The translations under genes were made by a program, and so were the position numbers. Of a DNA stretch of 64,000 bases, positions 31,949-41,750 are shown piece after piece. Within the stretch, counting starts at the first letter, position 1. Each line of letters opens with the position of its first letter. The notes below the pieces were generated by a model, which did no database searches, had not been told where the DNA came from, and saw nothing but the letters and a program-made list of their open reading frames with translations. The stretch is taken from positions 64,511-128,510 of the forward strand of contig CALXSR010000052.1 of assembly GCA_944391215.1 (NCBI GenBank), given 5' to 3'. The DNA is from an uncultured Clostridia bacterium (GTDB lineage: Bacteria; Bacillota; Dehalobacteriia; UBA4068; CALXSR01).

Positions 31949-31959
31949 ACAACCACTCC

Positions 31960-32283
31960 TTATTTTTCATCGCCTGGTTTTCCAACAAATAACACCTTTT
32001 CAATACCTGCTGCAAAATTTTTATCCAATATAGCAACGGCAGCTCGAGGCGATTTGCCAATTGCCATACCAAACTCCATCTTAGTTCCATAGAAATAATA
32101 ATTCATCTTATAACGTTGTGCTTTCTTGCTCAGTAATGCCCTACTATTATCAGAAGAATCCTCTGCAATCAAAACCAAAAAGCTCTTCTTCCTTTCCATT
32201 GCCATAAGAACAGCGTCATCCCCTGCGGCCAATTTTCCAGCTCTTTGCGCTAAACCCAATAAAGAAGCAACTTGTTTTTCCAT
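31960..32283 (-). CDS. L7Ae-family ribosomal protein (YlxQ).
   Basis: 107 aa of L7Ae/L30e fold, between infB and ylxR. Confidence 0.8.
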   Translation of the reverse strand: MEKQVASLLGLAQRAGKLAAGDDAVLMAMERKKSFLVLIAEDSSDNSRALLSKKAQRYKMNYYFYGTKMEFGMAIGKSPRAAVAILDKNFAAGIEKVLFVGKPGDEK

Positions 32284-32541
32284 TTATAATCTCTCTTTAA
32301 TATCTTCCAAAATTTCTTGGCTAATTTTTACTTTTAGCGCCCTTTCCAAAGCTTTCGATTTTACCGCCTTAGCCAAACATTCCTCATTAGGACAAAGATA
32401 AGCACCCCGGCCAGGCAATTTTCCATTGCCATCTAAAAGAAGTTGCCCTTCTGGATTTCTGACGACTCGAATTAATTCTCTTTTGTTTTTCATTTCCCGA
32501 CAGCCAACGCACATTCTTTGCGGCATACTCTTTTGTGCCAT
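32284..32541 (-). CDS. YlxR-family RNA-binding protein (DUF448).
   Basis: 85 aa carrying the MCVGCREMKNKRELIRVV motif, between nusA and the L7Ae gene. Confidence 0.8.
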   Translation of the reverse strand: MAQKSMPQRMCVGCREMKNKRELIRVVRNPEGQLLLDGNGKLPGRGAYLCPNEECLAKAVKSKALERALKVKISQEILEDIKERL

Positions 32542-32552
32542 ACGAATCTCTC

Positions 32553-33674
32553 CTAATCCTCTACTGGCATATCTAACTCATTTATTTCGTTACTACCATC
32601 ATTATTTTCTTGTTCCTCGGCACTTTCAGTCGCCAATAATTCCGCATATTGCGATTCACTTTTTATATCGATCTTCCAACCAGTTAATTTCGCTGCCAAA
32701 CGAGCATTCTGCCCTTCCTTACCAATTGCTAAAGAAAGCTGCGAATCTGGTACAATAACTCTAGCAAATTTCCCATCTTCTACAATATCCACTGAAAGCA
32801 CTTTCGCCGGACTCAAGGCATTACTTACAAACACAACTGGGTCCGCATCCCAAGTAACAATCTCAATTTTTTCCCCATTCAATTCATTAACAATATTTTG
32901 TACCCGCATGCCTTTTGCCCCAACACAAGCGCCGACTGGATCAATATTGCTGTTACGGCTATACACCGCTATTTTAGAACGGCTACCAGCCTCTCTTACC
33001 ACTGATTTTATTTCCACCGTTCCGTCATGAATTTCCGGCACTTCCATTTCAAATAAACGTTTTAATAAACCTGGGTGAGTACGAGATACCACAATTTGCG
33101 GACCTTTGGTGGTCTTTTTCACTTCTAACACATAAACTTTCAAGCGTTCCCCTTGACTATAGTGCTCCCGGGGAATTTGTTCGGCTGGTAATAACAAAGC
33201 TTCTGCTTTTCCCAAATCAATAAAAACGTTCCTGTTTTCAATTCTAGCTACTTTGCAATTTATAATGTCACCTTCCCGACCAGCATATTCATCATAAATC
33301 ATGCTACGTTCTGCTTCTCTTAACCTTTGTACCACCACTTGTTTCGCAGTTTGCACCGCAATCCGCCCAAAGGAACGAGGCGTTACTTCCGATTCTAAAA
33401 TATCCCCTATTTCAAATTCCGGATCAAGCTCCTGCGCTTCCTGCAAAGAAATTTGCAAACGATCATCTTCCACTTCTTCTACCACTTCTTTACGGAAAAA
33501 CACATGTGTTTCCCCAGTCATTCTATCAATTTCTACTCTTACATTTTGAGAAGAGCCAAAATTCTTTTTATAAGCGGAAATTAAAGCCGCTTCAATTGCC
33601 TCAATTAAAACATCACTATCAATTCCTTTTTCTTTTTCCAAATCTCTTAGCGCTTCAATAAACTCTAAATTCAT
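32553..33674 (-). CDS. nusA: Transcription termination/antitermination factor NusA.
   Basis: Start set at MNLEFIEALRDLEKEKGI (ATG 33672-33674) with RBS GAGGAG. It carries S1 and KH domains. Confidence 0.9.
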   Translation of the reverse strand: MNLEFIEALRDLEKEKGIDSDVLIEAIEAALISAYKKNFGSSQNVRVEIDRMTGETHVFFRKEVVEEVEDDRLQISLQEAQELDPEFEIGDILESEVTPRSFGRIAVQTAKQVVVQRLREAERSMIYDEYAGREGDIINCKVARIENRNVFIDLGKAEALLLPAEQIPREHYSQGERLKVYVLEVKKTTKGPQIVVSRTHPGLLKRLFEMEVPEIHDGTVEIKSVVREAGSRSKIAVYSRNSNIDPVGACVGAKGMRVQNIVNELNGEKIEIVTWDADPVVFVSNALSPAKVLSVDIVEDGKFARVIVPDSQLSLAIGKEGQNARLAAKLTGWKIDIKSESQYAELLATESAEEQENNDGSNEINELDMPVED

Positions 33675-33703
33675 TTTCTCACTCCTCAATTTCCCAACAT
33701 CAT

Positions 33704-34177
33704 TTAAAAGGTAAATACCAAATGTGCAGAAGCAATTTCCGCAAACGGCAACCAAATATCGCCTTCTGCCGTTTTTATGCCAACTTTATTATCATTCAAA
33801 CCTAATAAAATGCCCTCATATTCCTTTTGCCCCTGCCACGGAGCATATAAATTGCATTTTGCTTTTTCTCCTGCAAAGCGCTGGAAATGCTCCGGTTTTT
33901 TCAAAGCTCTTTCTACGCCAGGAGAAGAGATTTCCAACATATATTCATGACTAATGGGATCTAAAATATTCAAAGCTTCACTTAATTGTTCACTTACAGC
34001 CTGACAAGCGTCATGATCAATAGGAATTTCCCGATCAATGTAAACGCGCAAAACCCAATTACTGCCTTCTTTTTGATATTCAATATCCAGTAATTCGCAA
34101 CCATTTTCTACAGCGGCTTTTTCCGCCAAAGGCATAACCTGACTTATCACTTTATTTTGCCCAGCCATAAAGCACAT
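33704..34177 (-). CDS. rimP: Ribosome maturation factor RimP.
   Basis: About 155 aa, RimP family. Its 3' end overlaps the nusA start by about 31 nt. Confidence 0.85.
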   Translation of the reverse strand: MCFMAGQNKVISQVMPLAEKAAVENGCELLDIEYQKEGSNWVLRVYIDREIPIDHDACQAVSEQLSEALNILDPISHEYMLEISSPGVERALKKPEHFQRFAGEKAKCNLYAPWQGQKEYEGILLGLNDNKVGIKTAEGDIWLPFAEIASAHLVFTF

Positions 34178-34202
34178 CCTTTTCTATTACTAAGGCTAAC
34201 AA

Positions 34203-34231
34203 ATGAAAAAGTGGGTTTTTGACCCACTTTT
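34203..34231 (-). promoter_or_regulatory. Terminator-like hairpin in the rimP-nusA-infB leader; a candidate NusA-dependent attenuator.
   Basis: The perfect inverted repeat AAAAAGTGGGT-caaaa-ACCCACTTTTT lies 26-54 nt upstream of the rimP start. On the minus-strand RNA it is followed by UUUUUCAUUUGUU. Confidence 0.35.
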
Positions 34232-34373
34232 CCGAAAAACAATCTTTACCTAAATAATATACCATATATTTTCCTGAACAGCAAGTATTATACAAAATTT
34301 CTTTTTTCTATACTGGTTAAATAAGCAGAAATAGACTAAAATAAAAGTACTTCATCAAAGAAAGGATAAAAAA

Positions 34374-34856
34374 ATGTCTATCATTAAAGTAAAAGAATAT
34401 TTTCATCAATATAATCGAGAAAAAGATATTTTAGAATTCACGGTATCTAGCGCTACGGTAGAATTAGCTGCCCAAGCATTACAAGTAATTCCGGCCCGTA
34501 TTGCCAAAACACTTTCCTTTAAAACAGAAAACGGTTGTATTTTAATCGTTACTGCAGGTGACAGTAAAATTGATAACAGCAAATATAAAGCCGAATTTCA
34601 CTGTAAAGCAAAAATGCTTACCCCAGAAGAAGTAATTGATTTTACCGGACACGCCATTGGCGGTGTATGTCCTTTTGCAATTACAAATCCAAAAGTAAAA
34701 ACATATTTGGATATTTCTTTACAGCGTTTTGTTACAGTGTTTCCCGCCTGTGGCAGTAGCAATTCTGCTATAGAATTAACTTGTGAGGAATTATTTGCTT
34801 ACAGCAATGCTTTAGCATGGGTGGATATTTGCAAAGGTTGGCAGGAAGATATTTAG
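34374..34856 (+). CDS. ybaK: YbaK/ProX-family aminoacyl-tRNA deacylase.
   Basis: 160 aa carrying the HAIGGVCPF motif. Confidence 0.8.
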   Translation: MSIIKVKEYFHQYNREKDILEFTVSSATVELAAQALQVIPARIAKTLSFKTENGCILIVTAGDSKIDNSKYKAEFHCKAKMLTPEEVIDFTGHAIGGVCPFAITNPKVKTYLDISLQRFVTVFPACGSSNSAIELTCEELFAYSNALAWVDICKGWQEDI

Positions 34857-34919
34857 GAACTTTATCTTTACGCATGACATATGATAAAAAGTGATTTCTT
34901 GTAATAAGAAGGGCTGTCC

Positions 34920-35834
34920 ATGCGTAAAAAAAATACAACCCCAGCCAATATTGCAATCCATGTTTCTGCTACCACCATTTTTGCTAATACTATACTTTCC
35001 GTTTTTAAATTATTGGCGGGTATTTTGGCGCAATCCAGCGCTATGATATCGGATGCTATTCATACCATTTCCGATGTACTTAGTACTTTATTGGTGATTG
35101 CTGGGGTTAAAATTTCCACCAAATCCGAAGATAAAAACCACCCCTATGGGCATGAAAGAATGGAATGCGTTGTGGCTTTGGCTTTATCCGCGATTTTACT
35201 TGTTGTTGGTACCACGATTGGTTTTGATGGCATACAAAAAATATACCATCATGCTCAGCCGCTGCCACCCAATCTGTTTTTTACCAATTTCGCCCTAGGG
35301 ATGGCAATCCTATCTATTGCGGTCAAAGAATGGATGTATTGGTACACCATCAAAGCAGCAAAACAAATTAACTCTAGCGCCCTACTAGCCGATGCTTGGC
35401 ACCATCGTTCAGACGCCCTTTCTTCCTTAGGTAGTTTTATCGGCGTTTTAGGGATTCGTATAGGACTCCCTTTTTTAGATCCTCTTGCCTGTTTTATTAT
35501 TTGCGTCTTTATTTTAAAAACGTCTTATGACATTGCCAAAGAAGCGATTAACGAACTAATTGACCATGCTTGCGATGAAAAGACCATCCAACAAATGAAA
35601 GAATGTATTTTGCAAAATGTAGAAATATTGCGTTTGGATGTTTTAAAAACAAGGCTGTTTGGAACCAAAATATATGCCGACTTAGAAATTTCTTTGGATA
35701 GCAAACTAAATTTGCAACAGGCACATGCAATCGCAACAAAAGTCCATAACCAATTAGAAAATGCTTTTCCTGATATGAAACATTGTATGGTGCATGTAAA
35801 TCCATATTCTGATGATTCGCATCACCATCTATAA
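34920..35834 (+). CDS. Cation diffusion facilitator (CDF) family metal efflux transporter.
   Basis: 304 aa with six TM segments, HPYGHER and HxxxD motifs, and a C-terminal cytoplasmic domain ending in a His-rich tail. Confidence 0.85.
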   Translation: MRKKNTTPANIAIHVSATTIFANTILSVFKLLAGILAQSSAMISDAIHTISDVLSTLLVIAGVKISTKSEDKNHPYGHERMECVVALALSAILLVVGTTIGFDGIQKIYHHAQPLPPNLFFTNFALGMAILSIAVKEWMYWYTIKAAKQINSSALLADAWHHRSDALSSLGSFIGVLGIRIGLPFLDPLACFIICVFILKTSYDIAKEAINELIDHACDEKTIQQMKECILQNVEILRLDVLKTRLFGTKIYADLEISLDSKLNLQQAHAIATKVHNQLENAFPDMKHCMVHVNPYSDDSHHHL

Positions 35835-35837
35835 AAA

Positions 35838-35876
35838 ATAAAAAGTCCGGTACTTTAAAGTACCGGACTTTTTTAT
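35838..35876. terminator. Bidirectional Rho-independent terminator between the convergent CDF and DcuC-like genes.
   Basis: AAGTCCGGTACTTT-aa-AGTACCGGACTT stem, flanked by an A run and a T run. Confidence 0.75.
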
Positions 35877-35887
35877 GTTTTGACCTA

Positions 35888-37186
35888 TTAATGAACAAAC
35901 AATAAACCATACCATACATAACAGAAAATTAAGCCAACAATGCAAGGTACTGCAGTAAGTTTAATTAAATCCATCGGACTTTGTTTAGAGAAAGAAGCAC
36001 AAAGAATGGTAACACCAGCAACAGGAGACATGGAGCGCCCAAAGCAACCAGCCAAGTCAGCCAAAATACCAATGGACAACGGGCTTAAGCCCATATCAGC
36101 TACATAAGGAGTAATAGCAGTATTGAAAGCAAGTGTAGGAGCATCCCCGGAACCAGAAACAAAAGCAATTGCAAAAGGCCCAATAGCAGCAGCAATCGCA
36201 GCAATATAACTAGCACTGGACATGTAAGCAATCAAAGCATCGATCAAACCAACTTCCTGCATCCCAAAAGTGAATACACCAGCACAAACGATCAAACTAG
36301 ATACTTCAGCATAACCATAGCCAACGCCTTTAAAAGCTTCTTTGATAGCTTGGCCAGGGTTGCATCTGGTTAAAATAACAGCAATAATACAAGAGATATA
36401 CATAGCTTGTCTAATATCCAAAGCCGGAATAACTTCTGTTACACTAGCTAAGCCCATACAACCGAAAATTAAAATAACCGGCAAGAAAGGCATAAGAGCA
36501 TGCAAAATATTGATTTTAATTTTTTCTTCACTATCGCTACCAGTTTGTTCCGCAAAATCCCCATTAACGTCAACATAACCGGAATCTTCTTTTTTCATTT
36601 TTGCCATAATAACTAAAATAATAGAACCACCAATTAAGGTAACAATTGTAGGAATAAGCATTGAAGGAATAACTTCCGGAGGAGTAATACCAGCCCCCTC
36701 AGCAATCAACGCAACTTGAGAACCAAATGCAAGCACGTTACCATAGCTGCAGAATAACAAAGTAGCACCAGCCATTACTGGATGAACACCAGCACCAACC
36801 ATTACGGGAATAATAACCGGACCAACTGCAGCAGCAAAACCAGCAGGACTATTAATAGCATAGCAAATAACGGCCCCAACCACAACAGTAGCAGGAATAA
36901 TAATAGCTTTCATTTTCTTAACGCCACCCATTAACCAGGTAGCTAATTGCACGTCGCATTTGGTATAATTCATCAAATAAGCATACGCACAAGCAGCCGC
37001 AATAACCTGCGGAATGTATCCAGCTAATTGGCTACTGATCGTGTCAATAGCGGGTAAAAATTTACCGGACAACAAAGTCATAATAATACCGGCAGCCAAC
37101 AAAATCAGTCTTGGTTCGAACTTTTTAATAATTAAATAAAAAGACACGATAATGAGAGCCACACTAATCCACATCGTAACAGTCAT
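35888..37186 (-). CDS. DcuC-family anaerobic C4-dicarboxylate transporter-like membrane protein.
   Basis: 432 aa, polytopic, with about 12 TM segments. The length and hydrophobicity pattern fit DcuC or a related ion-transporter family. RBS AGGGGG. Confidence 0.5.
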   Translation of the reverse strand: MTVTMWISVALIIVSFYLIIKKFEPRLILLAAGIIMTLLSGKFLPAIDTISSQLAGYIPQVIAAACAYAYLMNYTKCDVQLATWLMGGVKKMKAIIIPATVVVGAVICYAINSPAGFAAAVGPVIIPVMVGAGVHPVMAGATLLFCSYGNVLAFGSQVALIAEGAGITPPEVIPSMLIPTIVTLIGGSIILVIMAKMKKEDSGYVDVNGDFAEQTGSDSEEKIKINILHALMPFLPVILIFGCMGLASVTEVIPALDIRQAMYISCIIAVILTRCNPGQAIKEAFKGVGYGYAEVSSLIVCAGVFTFGMQEVGLIDALIAYMSSASYIAAIAAAIGPFAIAFVSGSGDAPTLAFNTAITPYVADMGLSPLSIGILADLAGCFGRSMSPVAGVTILCASFSKQSPMDLIKLTAVPCIVGLIFCYVWYGLLFVH

Positions 37187-37671
37187 TTTTTAATTACCCC
37201 CTAAAAATTTCAAGATATTCTTTTTTTAGACATGTTTTATGCTCGCCTAAGATGCCATAAGCCTCCTTTCCTATCCAAATGAAAAAAATAATAATTCAGT
37301 TCTCATAAAAATTGGTCTGACAACAAACCAAAAGGTTAATTCTACAATTTTCGGGGAAATCCTGCTCTGCCTTCTTTTTTAATAAAGGAAATAAGAAAGA
37401 AACTAATTTTTAGTTATAATGGCTGCTTCTATTATACTTTACCTATCAATAGAATAGGTTTTTTATGATATTATTTTTCACAAAATGAACACGATTCATA
37501 AAAAAATAAAAAAATCATATTGAGAATGATGATTACTAATAGTTATAAATACAGTAAGTTATTCCTATTTTTTTAATTTTGCATCACGGGTGATAGGCTA
37601 TAGCCTATTTTCTATATCATATCTCATAAAAACCATACTGACAAGTATTTTTTTTACAGCACGAAAAAACA

Positions 37672-38634
37672 TTAATATCCCAACTTTTTGTTGACCAAAT
37701 GTGTTAATTCGTCTTTCTTTGCATAACGTTTTAAATTTTCCAAAAAAATCTGCAACACATTTTCACATGTTTTGGGTAAAGACATATTACCTGATATATG
37801 CGGCGTTAATATCAAATTTTTTGCCTGCCAAAGCGGATGATCCGTAGGCAAAGGCTCTGGCACTGTCACATCAATAGCAGCACCTCCAAGGGGGCCATTG
37901 CATAATGCATCATATAAAGCTTCTTGATCAATCGCCGATCCGCGTCCAACATTGATTAAAATAGTCCCTTCCTGCATTTTTTGTAGGCGTTCTTTATTTA
38001 TAATAAATTGCGTATCTTGCGTAGAAGGCAAGCATAAAGCAACTACATCTGCCCCGGCTATCGCTTTATCCAAGTCTTCTACCGTATAAACTTCATCAGC
38101 CCACTGCGGTTTTTCTTTCACGGTTCGCCGCACTCCGCGCACTTTTGCCCCCATCGCTTTTACTCTTTGACCAAAATTACTGCCAATATCACCCATCCCC
38201 ACAATCGTAATGCAACTACCATAAATGGATTTCACATTCCCTGCTTGACGCCATTCCCTATTCTTCATCATTTCCATATATTCCGGCATGCGACGCATCA
38301 ACATCAGCAAAACACAAATCATGTGTTCTGAAATAGTCAAACCATAGGCCCCTGCTGCATTGGTAAGCAAAACCTCATCTTTTGCAAACAACCCGCTATC
38401 TTTTATTTTATCAACCCCAGCAAAGGAGCATTGCAACCATTTCAAAGCCTTGGCTTGCTTTAATAAATCTACAGGAAAAGAGCCAAATAAAACTTCACAC
38501 TGCTCAATTGCAGCAACCGGAATTGTCCCATTAAAAAATTGACAAGAGAATCCAAGCTGTTGCGCTGTAACAGCAATTTCGTTTTTATCTGCTTCGCTCA
38601 AAAAAGAACCGTTTATCCCAATCATTCTTGCCAT
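37672..38634 (-). CDS. D-isomer-specific 2-hydroxyacid dehydrogenase family protein (NAD-binding).
   Basis: 320 aa with GxGxIG (GMGDIGSNFGQR) and the catalytic R, E and H motifs (RGS, EALYDAL, PHISG). Confidence 0.8.
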   Translation of the reverse strand: MARMIGINGSFLSEADKNEIAVTAQQLGFSCQFFNGTIPVAAIEQCEVLFGSFPVDLLKQAKALKWLQCSFAGVDKIKDSGLFAKDEVLLTNAAGAYGLTISEHMICVLLMLMRRMPEYMEMMKNREWRQAGNVKSIYGSCITIVGMGDIGSNFGQRVKAMGAKVRGVRRTVKEKPQWADEVYTVEDLDKAIAGADVVALCLPSTQDTQFIINKERLQKMQEGTILINVGRGSAIDQEALYDALCNGPLGGAAIDVTVPEPLPTDHPLWQAKNLILTPHISGNMSLPKTCENVLQIFLENLKRYAKKDELTHLVNKKLGY

Positions 38635-38838
38635 AATATCTTTACCCCCTTATACTGATATTTTATATTCTCCCAATACTCTAGCATGCAAAAAGTAACT
38701 TTGCAACACCTTTACTTTACGAAAAGGTATCGCACAGTTGCTTCTCTTTCTATATAAAATATTCCACATTTTTAAGTTTTCTTTATTTCTATGTTTAATA
38801 AAGCGCTTTTTCGGTTAACCTTTAAAAGAGGTGATAAC

Positions 38839-40290
38839 ATGGTATCTATTTGGGAAAAAACAACCAAAATACAACAAAGGCCAACCTTAACTGAGAACAT
38901 TTCCATACCAGTTGTTATTATAGGAGGCGGCTTAGCTGGGTTATTAACCGCATATTTTTTACAAGCAAAAGGACAAAAAGTTATCGTTTTAGAAGCAAAC
39001 CGCATAGGCAGCGGCCAAACAAAAAATACGACTGCAAAAATAACCAGTCAGCATGGGTTAATTTATCACAAACTCATACAAACGTTCAATGAAGAAACGG
39101 CATTGCACTATGCACAGGCAAACCAAAAAGCAATTTTAGAATATCAACGAATAATAGAAGAAAATAATATTAGTTGCCAGTTCACAAAATGCGCCGCTTT
39201 TTTATATTCTACGGAGCAAGAGGAACCATTGCGCCAGGAAGCGCAAGCTGCAAGCCATTTAGGCATTCAGGCAGAATTCACCACTGATACGGAATTACCC
39301 TTTCCTGTTTGTGGAGCAGTAAAATTTTCTCATCAAGCACGGTTTCATCCTCTACATTTTTTGCAAGAAGTTGCCAAAAATATCACAGTATATGAAAATA
39401 CTTCGGTGCAAAAAGTGCAAGATCATACCATCATCACAAACCGCGGTACGGTAACGGCAGAAAAAATTATTTTTACTACCCACTACCCATTTATCAATAT
39501 GCCAGGCTACTTTTTTGCCCGCATGCATCAGGAAAGAAGCTATGTGCTGGCCTTAGAAAATGTTCCTTTGCTGAATGATATGTACTTGGGAATTGATGAA
39601 GACGGTCTATCTTTCCGTAGCAATGAACCCTATTTGCTTTTTGGCGGCGGCAATCACCGCACAGGAGAAAACTCCGCCGGCGGAAAATATGAAATACTGC
39701 GACAAAAAGCACAACAATACTGGCCTAAAGGCAAAGAAGTAGCTTATTGGTCCGCCCAAGACTGCATGCCCATCGATGGGATTCCCTATATTGGCCAGTT
39801 TTCAGCCTCCACTCCAAACTGGTATATAGCTACCGGATTCCAAAAATGGGGCATGACAAGTTCTATGGTGGCAGCTATGATTTTAAGCGACTCCGTATTC
39901 GGGCAAGAAAACCCATTTGCCGCTACTTTTTCTCCACAAAGATTTGATATTTCCGCTTCAACCGTTAATTTATTAAAGGATAGCATGCAAGCCATAAAAG
40001 GACTTTCTAAAGAGATTTTTGCCATTCCACAAACAAAAATTGAAGAACTACCCAAAGGCCATGGCGGTATTGTTGAGCATAATGGCCAAAAAGTAGGTAT
40101 TTATAAAAATATGCAAGGAGAAGTTTTTCAAGTTTCTGTACGTTGCCCGCATTTGGGTTGCCAATTAGAATGGAATCCCGATGAATTAAGTTGGGATTGT
40201 CCCTGCCATGGTTCCCGTTTTGATTATAAAGGCCAACTCATCAATAATCCTGCGCAGGAAAATTTACCTTATCATCCAGAATTCATATAA
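38839..40290 (+). CDS. FAD-dependent oxidoreductase fused to a C-terminal Rieske [2Fe-2S] domain (YhfW-like).
   Basis: N-terminal GGGLAGL dinucleotide-binding motif; C-terminal CPHLGC...CPCHGSRF Rieske motifs. Start set at MVSIWEK behind RBS AGAGGTGA. Confidence 0.8.
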   Translation: MVSIWEKTTKIQQRPTLTENISIPVVIIGGGLAGLLTAYFLQAKGQKVIVLEANRIGSGQTKNTTAKITSQHGLIYHKLIQTFNEETALHYAQANQKAILEYQRIIEENNISCQFTKCAAFLYSTEQEEPLRQEAQAASHLGIQAEFTTDTELPFPVCGAVKFSHQARFHPLHFLQEVAKNITVYENTSVQKVQDHTIITNRGTVTAEKIIFTTHYPFINMPGYFFARMHQERSYVLALENVPLLNDMYLGIDEDGLSFRSNEPYLLFGGGNHRTGENSAGGKYEILRQKAQQYWPKGKEVAYWSAQDCMPIDGIPYIGQFSASTPNWYIATGFQKWGMTSSMVAAMILSDSVFGQENPFAATFSPQRFDISASTVNLLKDSMQAIKGLSKEIFAIPQTKIEELPKGHGGIVEHNGQKVGIYKNMQGEVFQVSVRCPHLGCQLEWNPDELSWDCPCHGSRFDYKGQLINNPAQENLPYHPEFI

Positions 40291-40298
40291 AAAAATAA

Positions 40299-40333
40299 AG
40301 AGCCGGTTACCACTTTTCGTAATAACTGGCTCT
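40299..40333. terminator. Terminator-like hairpin between the convergent Rieske-oxidoreductase and trmO genes.
   Basis: AGAGCCGGTTA...TAACTGGCTCT stem with a T-rich flank on the minus strand. Confidence 0.45.
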
Positions 40334-40353
40334 TTATCATTTCCCACGCTGAA

Positions 40354-41049
40354 TTATTTTATTGCTTGTTCTACCTCGCAAACGCTAAGTTTCCTTTCTG
40401 CAACATAAAAACGAATATGAAAACCAGCAAATTCCATGCCATAAATACGATTTGGCGCTTCTTGATAAGCGGGCCTTGGATCCTGCGCTAAAACGGCCAG
40501 TAAGGCTTCCCTTTTTTCTACTGGAATTTTCTTTAATAGCCGATCTGGAAAATCTACCTGTAAAGCATTTTGGGAAAAAGGTACTGCAAAACCAGAAACC
40601 GCTTCCGGATGAGAATCCGAATAAACAACATACGGTTTTATATCATAAATAGGAGTATTGTCCAATAAATCGGCCCCGGCAATTTTTAAAATAGGGCCCC
40701 ACTGATGATACATTTCAATTCCTAATAATTTTACGCAGGATAACCCAATAGCATTTGGCCGGAAAGGAGAACGGCTAGCAAAAACCCCTACTCTGGTATT
40801 TCCTCCTAAGCGCGGCGGACGCACGGTAGGAGACCACTCATCCCGCCTTGTTTCTGAAAACTGCCAAAGTAACCAAATATGAGAAAACTTTTCTAAACCG
40901 CGGAAAACATCAGGATTACGATATTCTGGTTCCAGTACAACAGTTGCTTGTAAAGAATCAATCAAACCGCTTTGTCTAGGAATTCCAAACTTAGAAGCAA
41001 AATCGTTATGAATCCGGGCAATGATATGAAGCGGTGGTACTTGTACCAT
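40354..41049 (-). CDS. trmO: tRNA m6t6A37 methyltransferase TrmO (TsaA/YaeB family).
   Basis: 231 aa, YaeB-like (GVFASRSPFRPN, IGLS.VKL). Confidence 0.8.
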   Translation of the reverse strand: MVQVPPLHIIARIHNDFASKFGIPRQSGLIDSLQATVVLEPEYRNPDVFRGLEKFSHIWLLWQFSETRRDEWSPTVRPPRLGGNTRVGVFASRSPFRPNAIGLSCVKLLGIEMYHQWGPILKIAGADLLDNTPIYDIKPYVVYSDSHPEAVSGFAVPFSQNALQVDFPDRLLKKIPVEKREALLAVLAQDPRPAYQEAPNRIYGMEFAGFHIRFYVAERKLSVCEVEQAIK

Positions 41050-41141
41050 GATTACACCTCAATCTATGCAATATTTATTTACTATAGCACGGCATATTTT
41101 ATCCGTCAATGCAAAAAGAAGAAAGCAATACTCTCTTCTTC

Positions 41142-41726
41142 TTAAACCGGATAGATCGTTTTACCAAACTGATAAGCGGATGCTAAATGCCCCGTTTCTT
41201 GTATCTTCCTCTTGCTATGAGAGCCGCCGCAACCGCCAGCCAACAAAACACCCTTATTGTTCCAGCCCAAATAATTTACGACATTAAAACGATAATACGA
41301 TACCGCTTGCTCAAAAGTCCAAAAAAGATCATCCGCAGCAGTCATCAACAAAGCACAATCTTTGGCTGGATATTTTTCATAACGACCCTGAGCGGGGTGT
41401 TCATCCTCCTGCGCAACCGCATAAAGTCTTTCTAAAAAGGCTTTCAGGCGGGCAGAAATCGTCCAAAAATAAAGCGGAGAAGCCAAAACAATGGCATCGC
41501 ATTGCATGAATAAAGGATATAATTCAATCATATCATCTTTTTGCACACAGGGCTTACCAAAATGGCATGCATTGCATCCCAAACAACCATTGATGACTTT
41601 ATTGCCTAAAAATACTTTGGTTACTTTATGCCCTGCTTCCGTAGCACCACGGATAAAAGCATCGGCAAGTTGATCCGTATTACCATTTTTATGCCCGCTC
41701 CCAACGATCACCAAAATATTTTTCAT
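41142..41726 (-). CDS. NADPH-dependent FMN reductase / flavodoxin-like fold protein.
   Basis: Start set at MKNILVIVGSGHKNGNT. Flavodoxin-like fold family. Confidence 0.65.
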   Translation of the reverse strand: MKNILVIVGSGHKNGNTDQLADAFIRGATEAGHKVTKVFLGNKVINGCLGCNACHFGKPCVQKDDMIELYPLFMQCDAIVLASPLYFWTISARLKAFLERLYAVAQEDEHPAQGRYEKYPAKDCALLMTAADDLFWTFEQAVSYYRFNVVNYLGWNNKGVLLAGGCGGSHSKRKIQETGHLASAYQFGKTIYPV

Positions 41727-41750
41727 TCTGTACCGCTTCCTTTCCAACTT

